A stretch of 64,000 bases of DNA from an uncultured Pelagibacteraceae bacterium (GCA_902532525.1 CACAIK010000003.1:18449-82448), one strand, 5' to 3'. Counted from the stretch's first letter, positions 20,819 to 29,891 are shown. Numbers and translations are program-made. The notes: generated from the sequence alone by a model not told the origin.

Positions 20819-22306
20819 TTAGTCAACTTTTACTTTATGCCACTGTATAGAAAAGTGATCTACAGCATCAAGGTTTTTCACTTTTGATGATGTAACTACA
20901 AGTCTAGATACGTGGTATGGGATCATTGTTCCACTTTGTTCCCATAAAGTCATTTGAGCATTTTGATATGCTTTTTTTCTTTTATTGAAATCCAACTCAC
21001 TTCTAGCATCAGCTAAATTTTTATCAAAGTCAGCATTTTTGAAATAAGACTCATTCCATTTAGCGCCACTATGATAAGCTTCGTGCAAGATTGTGTCTGC
21101 TGGTCTTTGGTTCCAACGTGTCATTGAAACTGGTTTTTTCATCCATACTTCATTCCAGTAACCTTTAGATGGTACCATTTCAATGTTGACTTTAATTCCA
21201 GCTTTTGCAACTTGCTGCTGAACGACTTCTGCAATCGTAGGCCAAGTTGGTTCTAAAGTTGCTGGATAAACAGTCAATTCAATTCCATTTGGAAATCCTG
21301 CTTCTCTTAGTAAATTTTTTGCTTTACTAATATTTTGAGGACAATCCATTTGTAAACGATATTGATCAGAAGGCATTACAGGTGTATCACAAGATACAGT
21401 TGCCGCACCACCCATAACCAAATCTACAAGTTCTTGTCTATCAACCGCTAACCTAAAAGCTTTTCTCACTTTAGGATTATCAAATGGAGCAGTATCAGTT
21501 CTCATAACCACACCTCTCCAGTTTCCAGTTGGAATTACAGTTGTTGTAAATTTAGAATTACTGTCAAATATCTTTTTTTGATTGAAAGGAACATATCTGT
21601 TCATATCAATTTGGCCTGTTAAAAGAGCTTGAATTCTTGCTTGAGCATCTGGGATCGCAATAACATGAACTTCTGCAACTCCTGGTGCACCTTCCCAGTA
21701 ATCTGGGTTAGCTTTTAGAATTGTAGTTCCTTCTGGATCAAATTTATCAACTATAAATGGTCCAGTACCAACTCCTGTTTGTCCAATAGTGTCTCCTGAT
21801 CCTTCAGGTATCATTCTTAATCTGTAGTCAGTTAACAATAATGGAAAGTCAGCAAATGAAGTCGATAACTTCATTTTAACGGTATGCTGATCGACTACTT
21901 CAATCTCTTCTACAACATTTAAACTTTTTCTAACCGGAGATCCAATATCAGGATCTTTAGCTCTCATCAAAGAATATTTAACATCTGGAGCATCAAAAGC
22001 TGACCCATCATGGAAATATATTCCTTTTCTTAAATTAAATGTCCATTCAGTTGCATCAGAATTAGCACTCCAATCTGTTGATAATGAGGGTGATGGCACA
22101 CCGTTCATATCAGGCCTTACTAATCTATTTTGAGTTTTGATGACAACTTGAAATAAACGCCCTTTAGTTATGGCATCTAAGTTAGTATCTTTTCCAAATC
22201 CAAGATCATGTGATACTTTAAATACTCCACTTGATGCATTGGCAATAGAAAAAGATAATATCAGAGACATAAAAGTCACTGAAAAAACTTTAAGTATGTA
22301 TTTCAT
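20819..22306 (-). CDS. Family 5 ABC substrate-binding protein
   Basis: Signal peptide; WTFNLRKGIYFHDG, GTGPF, NPDYW, PFDNPKVRKA; SD GAGGGA at 22311-22316. Confidence 0.93.
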   Translation of the reverse strand: MKYILKVFSVTFMSLILSFSIANASSGVFKVSHDLGFGKDTNLDAITKGRLFQVVIKTQNRLVRPDMNGVPSPSLSTDWSANSDATEWTFNLRKGIYFHDGSAFDAPDVKYSLMRAKDPDIGSPVRKSLNVVEEIEVVDQHTVKMKLSTSFADFPLLLTDYRLRMIPEGSGDTIGQTGVGTGPFIVDKFDPEGTTILKANPDYWEGAPGVAEVHVIAIPDAQARIQALLTGQIDMNRYVPFNQKKIFDSNSKFTTTVIPTGNWRGVVMRTDTAPFDNPKVRKAFRLAVDRQELVDLVMGGAATVSCDTPVMPSDQYRLQMDCPQNISKAKNLLREAGFPNGIELTVYPATLEPTWPTIAEVVQQQVAKAGIKVNIEMVPSKGYWNEVWMKKPVSMTRWNQRPADTILHEAYHSGAKWNESYFKNADFDKNLADARSELDFNKRKKAYQNAQMTLWEQSGTMIPYHVSRLVVTSSKVKNLDAVDHFSIQWHKVKVD

Positions 22307-22447
22307 AAGTTCCCTCTTTTTCTTTAGTTGTTTAAATAACTAAAAAGATAACAATTCCAGAACTAGATAACAACATGCAAAATGTAGTGATTCATCTACT
22401 GATTGAATAGATATTTTAATTAATATACACTTTTTCTAGATTTATAA

Positions 22448-23671
22448 ATGCAAAACGAATTAAACAAAGTCAGATTTTCAGTAAAACCTTTAAAATCCAA
22501 TGATAATAAAGTTGTTGAACTTGCAAGAACTGTGGGAATACATCCTCTAGCGTATCAAGAACTTCCTTACGATCCAGAGTATTCTTTTTATGCAGGAAGA
22601 TTAAATCCAGAAGTGCTTTCACATGCAACAGCTGATGAAATGTATTGGAAGGTAAGACAAGAGGTAATTTTTCGTCATACTGGTGAACATCCATATGAAA
22701 TATCTGGTCCTGATGCAGAAAAACTATTACAAAAAATATTTACAAGAGATATCTCAAAAGTAAAGGTAGGAAGGTGCTCTTACCAATTCGCTTGTTACAA
22801 CGATGGAGGTATGCTTACAGATGGAGTTTTACTAAAACTTGAAGAAAATAAATTCTGGTTTGTTCAAGCTGATGGTGATCTTTTTTCATGGTATAAGGCG
22901 CACACTGATAATCTTAATGTAAAAATATCTGACCCAGACGTTTGGGTAAGTCAAATTCAAGGACCAAAATCTATGGATCTTTTAAAAGTTTTAAGTAAAG
23001 AGACTTTTCCTGAGAATTGGAAATATTTTGATTGGAAAGAAATAACTATACTAAATGAAAAGGTAATCATAAGTAGATCGGGTTTCAGTAATGAACTTGG
23101 TTGGGAAATTTATTTTAGAAAAAATAATAATACTGAAAAAGTTGGGGATTACATTCTTGAGGAAGGAAAAAAAATGGGAATGATACTCACGGGTACACCT
23201 GGTTTCAGATGTAAAAGAATAGAATCTGGACTATTATCAGCTGGGCAAGACTTTAATCATGAAACAAATCCATATGATGTTGGGTTAGGCAAGTATGTAG
23301 ATTTAAAAAAAAATTATTTTATTGGAAAATCATCATTGATGACTGCTGATAAAGAAAAAAGATGTTGGGGAATACGAGTAGAAAATGGAACAGGTTTAAA
23401 AGGAACTTATATAAAATTTAATAATGAAATAATTGGAAAAATTACTTCAAGCACTTGGTCACCTTTTCAAAAATGTGGTGTTGGAATTGTTTTAATGAAT
23501 TCTACAAAATATAAACCAGGGCTAATAGTGGATGTTAATTGCAATGATAATAAAATTCATAAAGGCGAAATATGCACCTTACCAATGTATGACTTTAAAA
23601 ATGAAATTGTAAGAGGTTTAAAAATTGATATTCCAACAGGTCCTTCTCCGTGGTCAGGAATAAAAAAATAA
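22448..23671 (+). CDS. GcvT/DmdA-family THF-dependent methyltransferase (divergent)
   Basis: EISGPDA, GGMLTDG, QIQGPKS, SRSGFSNELGWEIY, RIESGL, FIGK, GKITS. Confidence 0.85.
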   Translation: MQNELNKVRFSVKPLKSNDNKVVELARTVGIHPLAYQELPYDPEYSFYAGRLNPEVLSHATADEMYWKVRQEVIFRHTGEHPYEISGPDAEKLLQKIFTRDISKVKVGRCSYQFACYNDGGMLTDGVLLKLEENKFWFVQADGDLFSWYKAHTDNLNVKISDPDVWVSQIQGPKSMDLLKVLSKETFPENWKYFDWKEITILNEKVIISRSGFSNELGWEIYFRKNNNTEKVGDYILEEGKKMGMILTGTPGFRCKRIESGLLSAGQDFNHETNPYDVGLGKYVDLKKNYFIGKSSLMTADKEKRCWGIRVENGTGLKGTYIKFNNEIIGKITSSTWSPFQKCGVGIVLMNSTKYKPGLIVDVNCNDNKIHKGEICTLPMYDFKNEIVRGLKIDIPTGPSPWSGIKK

Positions 23672-24345
23672 TAATAGCAATTGGTGGTGGTGGATTTACA
23701 CATTCGTCTGACGAAGACTTGGATGAATATGTTATAAATCAAGTTAATAAATCAAAAATAAATATCGGTTTTTTACCTACCGCTAGCAATGATAATCAAG
23801 AAAAGACCGATCTTTTTTATAAAAGATTTAAATCGCATAAATTTAAATTATCTCATTTTAATCTATGTTCAAGTGTGGAAGGTTTTAATGAATGGATGAT
23901 GAACAAAGATATAATTTATGTAGGAGGTGGTAATACCTCTAACATGATTAATATTTGGAAAAGACATAATCTTATCAAAGTATTTAAAGATGCATATGAA
24001 AAGGGAATAATTCTGAGTGGAATAAGCGCAGGAGCCGTCTGTTGGTTTGATTGGATATTATCAGACTCGGTCGATAAAGAGCTAAGTCCATTAAAAGGAA
24101 TAAATTTTTTAGATGGAAGTTGCACACCTCATTCTTCAGATAATAATCGACTTCGACAATTTATTTCAGAAATTAAAGACGGAAATTTGCCAGATGGAAT
24201 AGCCATTGATGATGGTGTAGCTGTGCTTTTTATTGACGGAGTTCCTTCAGAGGTTTATTCTTCAAGAATTAATCATGACGCTTATTATGTGACTAGACAT
24301 GATAAGATAAGTTTAAAAACATATATAAAAAATTTAAATGGATAA
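23650..24345 (+). CDS. Peptidase E (S51; class I GATase-like fold)
   Basis: IGGGGF, FLPTAS, YVGGGNT, catalytic GISAGA, TPH, AIDDG; GTG start. Confidence 0.85.
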   Translation: MVRNKKIIIAIGGGGFTHSSDEDLDEYVINQVNKSKINIGFLPTASNDNQEKTDLFYKRFKSHKFKLSHFNLCSSVEGFNEWMMNKDIIYVGGGNTSNMINIWKRHNLIKVFKDAYEKGIILSGISAGAVCWFDWILSDSVDKELSPLKGINFLDGSCTPHSSDNNRLRQFISEIKDGNLPDGIAIDDGVAVLFIDGVPSEVYSSRINHDAYYVTRHDKISLKTYIKNLNG

Positions 24346-25498
24346 CATTAAAGCCAGTAATAAAATTTTTAGCATTGAAGACGCAAAAAAACTATCAAAG
24401 AAAAGATTGCCAAAGATAGTTTATGATTTTATTGATGGCGCATCTGGAGATGAAAAGTTATCAGAAATTAATAGTTTTGCTTTAGATCAAATACGTCTTG
24501 AGCCAAGAGTTCTAAGAAATGTAGAGGAAAGAAAACTAAAAAAAAATATTCTTGGATTTAACTATGACTATCCATTTGGTTTTGCCCCAATGGGTATGAC
24601 AAATCTTTCATGGCCGGGAGCAGACTCAATGCTGGCAAAAGAGAGTGCAAGAAATAATATACCAACTTGTGTATCGATGGCTTCCACAACTACCTTAGAA
24701 AAAATGCATGAACTTTCAGAAGGTCATTCGTGGCTTCAACTTTATATTTTTCAGGATGAAGCTTTTGTCATGGAATTGCTCGATAGAGCAGAAAAAACTG
24801 GTTATGAAGTTGCTATACTTACTGTTGATGTTCCGGTTTTATCTAGGAGAACTAGAGATGATAAAAATGGATTCTCATATCCATTTAAAATTGGACCTAA
24901 ACAATTTTTTGATTTTGCAACTCATCCAGTTTGGTCAATATCTACATTGCTTAATGGAATACCAAAGCCAATGAATTACGAGACTTCAAAAAGTGGAAAA
25001 GGTGTTTTTAAAAGAAAAGAAAGTAGAGGAAAAACAGATTGGGAAACTCTAAAAAGAGTAAGAAATAAATGGAAAGGCAAATTAATTGTAAAAGGTGTTA
25101 TGTCATCAGATGATGCAGTTAAAATTAAAGAAATGGGCGCTGATGCTATTCAAGTTTCAAATCATGGAGGTAGACAATTAGATAGTGCCTCAGCAGCAAT
25201 AAACATATTACCTTTTATTAGAGAGGCAGTAGGAAATAATTTTCCGATTATTTTTGATAGTGGGATAAGAAGTGGTAGCGATATTGTTAGATCATTAGCT
25301 TTAGGAGCAGATTTTTCAATGATTGGAAGGCCTGTAATGTATGCTATGGGCGCTGATGGTGCTAGCGGGCTAAGAAGAATTGTAGACATAATCAAAGAAG
25401 AAACCAGCACAACACTAGGTTTGGTTGGATTAAATGATATTAATGAAGTTTCTTCTGATATAATCGAACAAAAACTTTTTATGAATACAACTTACTAA
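24338..25498 (+). CDS. FMN-dependent 2-hydroxy-acid oxidase/dehydrogenase
   Basis: FAPMG, WLQLY, LTVDVP, IVKGV, catalytic SNHGGRQ, DSGIRSG, IGRP. Confidence 0.92.
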   Translation: MDNIKASNKIFSIEDAKKLSKKRLPKIVYDFIDGASGDEKLSEINSFALDQIRLEPRVLRNVEERKLKKNILGFNYDYPFGFAPMGMTNLSWPGADSMLAKESARNNIPTCVSMASTTTLEKMHELSEGHSWLQLYIFQDEAFVMELLDRAEKTGYEVAILTVDVPVLSRRTRDDKNGFSYPFKIGPKQFFDFATHPVWSISTLLNGIPKPMNYETSKSGKGVFKRKESRGKTDWETLKRVRNKWKGKLIVKGVMSSDDAVKIKEMGADAIQVSNHGGRQLDSASAAINILPFIREAVGNNFPIIFDSGIRSGSDIVRSLALGADFSMIGRPVMYAMGADGASGLRRIVDIIKEETSTTLGLVGLNDINEVSSDIIEQKLFMNTTY

Positions 25499-25499
25499 T

Positions 25500-27239
25500 A
25501 TGGAAAAAAAAATAAGAGGCGGAGCATTAATTGCAAGAGCATTAAAAGATAAAGGTATTAATAAAGTTTTTACTCTATCTGGTGGGTTTTGTAATCCTGC
25601 TATTGAAGGTTTCATGGAATGTCAAATTGATGTGGTTAATTGTCCTCATGAACAAATAGCTGGACACTTAGCAGATGGACACACAAGAATTACAAGAAAA
25701 CCATCTGTATGTTTAGTTGGACCAGAAGGTTTTGCAAATGCAGTGCCATCTATGATGGAAGCATGGGGAGAAAGAACACCGATAATTTATATAACTGGAT
25801 CAAGTAGTTTAAAAAGACAAGGCTCAGGTGGCTTTAAAGAAATTGATGATGTTTCAATAGCTGCTCCTCTTACAAAATATAGCGCAAGCATTACAGATGG
25901 AACAAGAATTAGAGAATTTGTTGACAAAGCTTACAGAATTGCAACTAATGGATATCCTGGAGCTGTTCATCTAAGTTTACCAGTGGATATAATGTTTTCT
26001 TCATTTGAAGAAAATGCTGGACTTGAAGAAAGACCATTTTCACATAAAGCAAAGCCAGTTGCTAAAGCATGGCCAGATCCAAATGCTCTATCAAAAATAC
26101 TTGAGCTAGCATGTAATGCAAAAAAACCTGTCATAATTGGAGGACATGGTGTTTGGTGGTCAAACTCAGAAAAAAATTTAGAGACTGCGGGTGAAAGTTT
26201 AAATATTCCAGTTTTTAATGTGCCATACCATCAAAAACTTTTGGGGGAAGAGGCAAATGCATATATGGGTTTAGCAGATATTCACCAATATCCACCCTCA
26301 GAATTTGCATTACATAATTCAGACTTAGTTTTAATGATTGGTGCAAGGTTAGATAACCAAATGAATTTTGGTAACCCTCCTTTCATTCCAAAAACAACAA
26401 CGTTAGTTTGTATTAATGGTTCCCATGAAGAAATTGAGTTTAATAGAGCGGCTGATCATAACCTTTTATGTGATCCAGGAGTATTTTTGGATACTCTATG
26501 TAATTTAAAGAAAAATAATAAATGGAATTTAAGAAATAGTTGGTTTCAAGATAATAAAAATAAAAAAAAAGATTGGGTGGATAAATCTTTAAATGAATTA
26601 AAGATTGAAGCAGATAAAGCAAAAAAAAATGGAGGAAAAATTCATCCGCTACAATTAGCGTTAGACGTTCAAGACGCAATGGATGAGAAAGATTGGCTTG
26701 TAATTGATGGAGGAAATACTCATTTCTGGTCGGAGATCGCTATAAATTTAGCAGGAGCTCAAGGAAAAAAATTAGGTGGAATTTTACATCCAGGCACATT
26801 TAGTATGCTGGGTGTTGGTGTATCATTTGCATTATCTGCAAAAAATAATAATCCTAAATCGAACGTAATTTTAATTAGTGGAGATGGTGCCTTTTTATCT
26901 GGTGGCATGTCTATAGAAACTGCATTTTTTGAAAAGAAACCAATCGTTGTTGTTATTGACAATAATGGTGGCTTAGCATCAATTGGTCAACAACAAGAAA
27001 GACTATTTGAAAGCGGAAAAAGAGTTGCAACAGACTTTAGAGATATACCTTTCCACAGTATATTTGAAGGTTTTGGGGGTCATGGAGAATTAGTAACGAA
27101 AAGAGAAGAATTGGGTCCAGCACTAAAAAGAGCTATTGCAAGCGGTAAAACTGCTTGTGTAAATGTAAAAGCTAAACCAGTATTAAGTCCAATTGTTGCT
27201 GCTGTGGCCAGCAAGAGAGAGAAATCTTCAATAGAGTAA
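25500..27239 (+). CDS. ThDP-dependent enzyme (HACL/ILVBL/benzaldehyde-lyase-like C-C lyase or decarboxylase)
   Basis: GGALIARAL..VFTLSGG, HEQ catalytic Glu, DGGN, ThDP motif GDGAF...DNN. Confidence 0.85.
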   Translation: MEKKIRGGALIARALKDKGINKVFTLSGGFCNPAIEGFMECQIDVVNCPHEQIAGHLADGHTRITRKPSVCLVGPEGFANAVPSMMEAWGERTPIIYITGSSSLKRQGSGGFKEIDDVSIAAPLTKYSASITDGTRIREFVDKAYRIATNGYPGAVHLSLPVDIMFSSFEENAGLEERPFSHKAKPVAKAWPDPNALSKILELACNAKKPVIIGGHGVWWSNSEKNLETAGESLNIPVFNVPYHQKLLGEEANAYMGLADIHQYPPSEFALHNSDLVLMIGARLDNQMNFGNPPFIPKTTTLVCINGSHEEIEFNRAADHNLLCDPGVFLDTLCNLKKNNKWNLRNSWFQDNKNKKKDWVDKSLNELKIEADKAKKNGGKIHPLQLALDVQDAMDEKDWLVIDGGNTHFWSEIAINLAGAQGKKLGGILHPGTFSMLGVGVSFALSAKNNNPKSNVILISGDGAFLSGGMSIETAFFEKKPIVVVIDNNGGLASIGQQQERLFESGKRVATDFRDIPFHSIFEGFGGHGELVTKREELGPALKRAIASGKTACVNVKAKPVLSPIVAAVASKREKSSIE

Positions 27240-27240
27240 A

Positions 27241-27576
27241 ATGGCAAAATTTAGCTCACATTTATTGAATGGTTCTGATGGAACTCATGCAAGTAACGTC
27301 AAAGTAAAGATTTATCAAATACAGTCCTCAAAATTAAAAAAGCTTTTTTTGAATACAAAGACTGATGGAAATGGTAGGATTAATCAGCATTTCAATCTTA
27401 GCAAAAAAGATTGTGAATGCGATTATGAAATGATTTGTGATATTAAAAGATACTTTAAAAAAAAAAAAATTGTGGGTGAAATAGTCGTAAAATTTAAAAT
27501 GACTGATAATAAAAAAAATTATCACTTGCCAATCATAATTTCTCCTAACAGCTATACAGTTTGGTGGTCAAAATAA
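27241..27576 (+). CDS. Transthyretin-like / 5-hydroxyisourate-hydrolase-like protein with non-canonical C-terminus
   Basis: SSHLLNGSDG, TDGNGR, YHLPIIISP retained; ends YTVWWSK instead of YRGS. Confidence 0.75.
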   Translation: MAKFSSHLLNGSDGTHASNVKVKIYQIQSSKLKKLFLNTKTDGNGRINQHFNLSKKDCECDYEMICDIKRYFKKKKIVGEIVVKFKMTDNKKNYHLPIIISPNSYTVWWSK

Positions 27577-27579
27577 TAT

Positions 27580-28743
27580 ATGGCTTCGTTGATACAAAGC
27601 AAAATTAGCACAAAACTAAATATGTCTAGGAGGATAAGAAGAACTCCTTACACCAAGAGAGTTGAAGAATGTGGTGTAACTGATTTTACTGTTGTAAATC
27701 ATATGCTCTTACCAAAAAGATTTCAGAAATCTGTTGAGGATGATTATTGGCATTTAAATGAGCATGTTCAGCTATGGGATGTTTCTTGTCAAAGACAAGT
27801 TCAGATATCAGGTCCAGACGCTAGTTTATTAGTCCAAAAAATGACGCCAAGATCTTTAAAAAATATGGAGACTGGAAAATGTTTTTATATTCCTATGATA
27901 GATGAAAATGCTGGAATGATAAATGATCCAGTGTTGTTAAAGTTAGATGATGATATGTTTTGGATTTCAATAGCAGATTCTGATGTATTGCTTTGGGCAA
28001 AAGGTATTGCAGTTGGTTTAAATCTAAATGTGAGCATAACAGAACCAGATGTATATCCTCTTGCAGTACAAGGTCCAAAGTCTGAAGATTTGATGTCATC
28101 AATATTCGGAGAAGATATTAGAAAATTAAAATTTTTTAATTTTAGAATATTTGATTTTTTAGGAACTAAACAAGTTATTGCAAGATCAGGATACAGCAAA
28201 CAAGATGGATTTGAAATTTATTTTAAATGCTTTGAAGATTACTTCGACAAAAATGAAATGGGAGAAAAAATTTGGGATATAATATGGAAAGCGGGGAAAG
28301 AATTTAACATTGCTCCAGGATGCCCAAATTTAATTGACAGAATAGAAGCAGGATTAATGTCATATGGAAATGATTTTACAAAAGAAAATAATCCAATTGA
28401 ATGTAACTTAGAAAAATATTGTAGTGACAAAAGCGATCATGATTTCATTGGAAAAAATGCTTTAGATAATATTAAGAAACAAGGTGTAAAACAAAAATTA
28501 AAAGGAGTATTATTTGATGGTGTAGATTGTCCTCCATGTTCAATTCCTTTTCCACTTTATTCAAAAGATAAGAAATTAATTGGTAAAATTACTTCAGGGA
28601 TTTATTCTCCAAAATTCAAAAAAAATATTGGTTTATCTATGATTTTAAATGAATTTTGCAAAACAGGATCAGAAGTTTTAGTTCACACTCCTGATAATAA
28701 ATTAAGAAAAGGAATTGTGTCCTCTTTACCATTTTCAAAATAA
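27580..28743 (+). CDS. DmdA-like (DMSP demethylase family) THF-dependent methyltransferase; probable paralogue
   Basis: SRRIRRTPY, NHMLLP, HVQLWDV, INDPVLLKL, WISIADSDV, ARSGYSKQ, GCPNLIDRIE, SYGND are DmdA-family hallmarks, but several presumed pocket residues differ. Confidence 0.8.
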   Translation: MASLIQSKISTKLNMSRRIRRTPYTKRVEECGVTDFTVVNHMLLPKRFQKSVEDDYWHLNEHVQLWDVSCQRQVQISGPDASLLVQKMTPRSLKNMETGKCFYIPMIDENAGMINDPVLLKLDDDMFWISIADSDVLLWAKGIAVGLNLNVSITEPDVYPLAVQGPKSEDLMSSIFGEDIRKLKFFNFRIFDFLGTKQVIARSGYSKQDGFEIYFKCFEDYFDKNEMGEKIWDIIWKAGKEFNIAPGCPNLIDRIEAGLMSYGNDFTKENNPIECNLEKYCSDKSDHDFIGKNALDNIKKQGVKQKLKGVLFDGVDCPPCSIPFPLYSKDKKLIGKITSGIYSPKFKKNIGLSMILNEFCKTGSEVLVHTPDNKLRKGIVSSLPFSK

Positions 28744-28766
28744 TAATTAGTAGGTATAAGTCTTAT

Positions 28767-29891
28767 ATGAAAAGAGCAGTTATAGCAGGATATTCAAGAT
28801 CACCTTTTACAATGGCAAGAAAAGGTGAATTAATTGATGTTAAGCCTGTAAATATGTTTGCAGAAGTTGTTAAAAATCTTGTATCTAAAACTAAAGTAAA
28901 TCCAGCTGATATAGAAGATATTGTTGTTGGGTGTGCTTTCCAGGTTGGAGAGCAGAGTTTTAATATTGGGAAACTCACAACATTTTTATCTGGAATGGAA
29001 ATACATACGTCTGGAATGACTGTCGATAGATGGTGTGGTTCATCTATGGAAGCTATTCATGTTGCAGCAGGTAAAATAGCAATGGGCGCAGGAAAAGTTT
29101 TCGTATGTGGAGGTGTTGAAAGTATGACTAGGGTTACAACTGGCTTTGAACCAATACCTTATCCTTACACAGATAAAGAAAATCCAAATGTCTATTTTTC
29201 AATGGGAATAACTGCTGAAAATGTTGCCAAGAAATATAAAATTTCAAGAACTGAACAACAAGAGTTTGCAATTCAAAGTCATCAAAAAGCCAATGAAGCT
29301 GAAGTTAATGGTAAATTTAAAAATGAAATCGTTGAAATCGCTGGTTGCACAAAAGATGGAAACATACGTCCAAAAAGTAATCAAGAAACTTTAGATGGTT
29401 TAAAACTTGCATTTGACCAAGAAGGAACTGTTACTGCGGCAACATCCTCACCTCTTACCGATGGAGCAGCAGCAACATTGATATGTGAAGAAAGCTATGC
29501 CAAAGAAAATGGTTTAGAGATTTTAGCTAGAATTGTTTCAACTGGAGTTAAAGGATGTGAACCAGATGTAATGGGACTTGGACCTATAGGAGCAACTAAG
29601 AAAGCATTAGAGAGAGCAAATTTATCAATTAATGATATCGATATTGTAGAGATTAATGAAGCTTTTGCTTCTCAATCAATAGCATGCTTAAAAGATCTTG
29701 GTATCGATCAAAAAAAAGCTAATTTAGATGGTGGAGCTTTAGCACTGGGACACCCTCTAGGAGCAACAGGAGCGAGAATAACTGGCAAAGCTGCAGATTT
29801 ACTTAGACGTGAAAATAAGAAATATGCTTTATCTACTCAATGTATCGGTTTAGGTATGGGTATTGCGACAGTAATCGAGTCGGTAAATTAA
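28767..29891 (+). CDS. fadA: Acetyl-CoA C-acyltransferase (thiolase)
   Basis: DRWCGSS catalytic Cys, GGVESM, MGITAE, NEAFA, GHPLGATG, CIGLGMG. Confidence 0.93.
   Translation: MKRAVIAGYSRSPFTMARKGELIDVKPVNMFAEVVKNLVSKTKVNPADIEDIVVGCAFQVGEQSFNIGKLTTFLSGMEIHTSGMTVDRWCGSSMEAIHVAAGKIAMGAGKVFVCGGVESMTRVTTGFEPIPYPYTDKENPNVYFSMGITAENVAKKYKISRTEQQEFAIQSHQKANEAEVNGKFKNEIVEIAGCTKDGNIRPKSNQETLDGLKLAFDQEGTVTAATSSPLTDGAAATLICEESYAKENGLEILARIVSTGVKGCEPDVMGLGPIGATKKALERANLSINDIDIVEINEAFASQSIACLKDLGIDQKKANLDGGALALGHPLGATGARITGKAADLLRRENKKYALSTQCIGLGMGIATVIESVN

Noticed and set aside
22307-22447. Possible SAM-V/SAM-II or glycine riboswitch in the divergent promoter region
   Set aside because: I could not fit the pseudoknot or conserved core by eye; only an AT-rich palindrome is visible. 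An Rfam/Infernal scan would settle it.
25500-27239. Acetolactate synthase (ilvB/ilvI)
   Set aside because: It lacks the GYPGG/RHEQ/SGPG/AFQE ALS motifs and has no small subunit; the context is catabolic.
27457-27469. A13 run in the HIUase-like gene (also A12 at 918-929 in phrB) as phase-variation sites
   Set aside because: Both are in frame as Lys codons and expected in such an AT-rich genome; no frameshift is seen.
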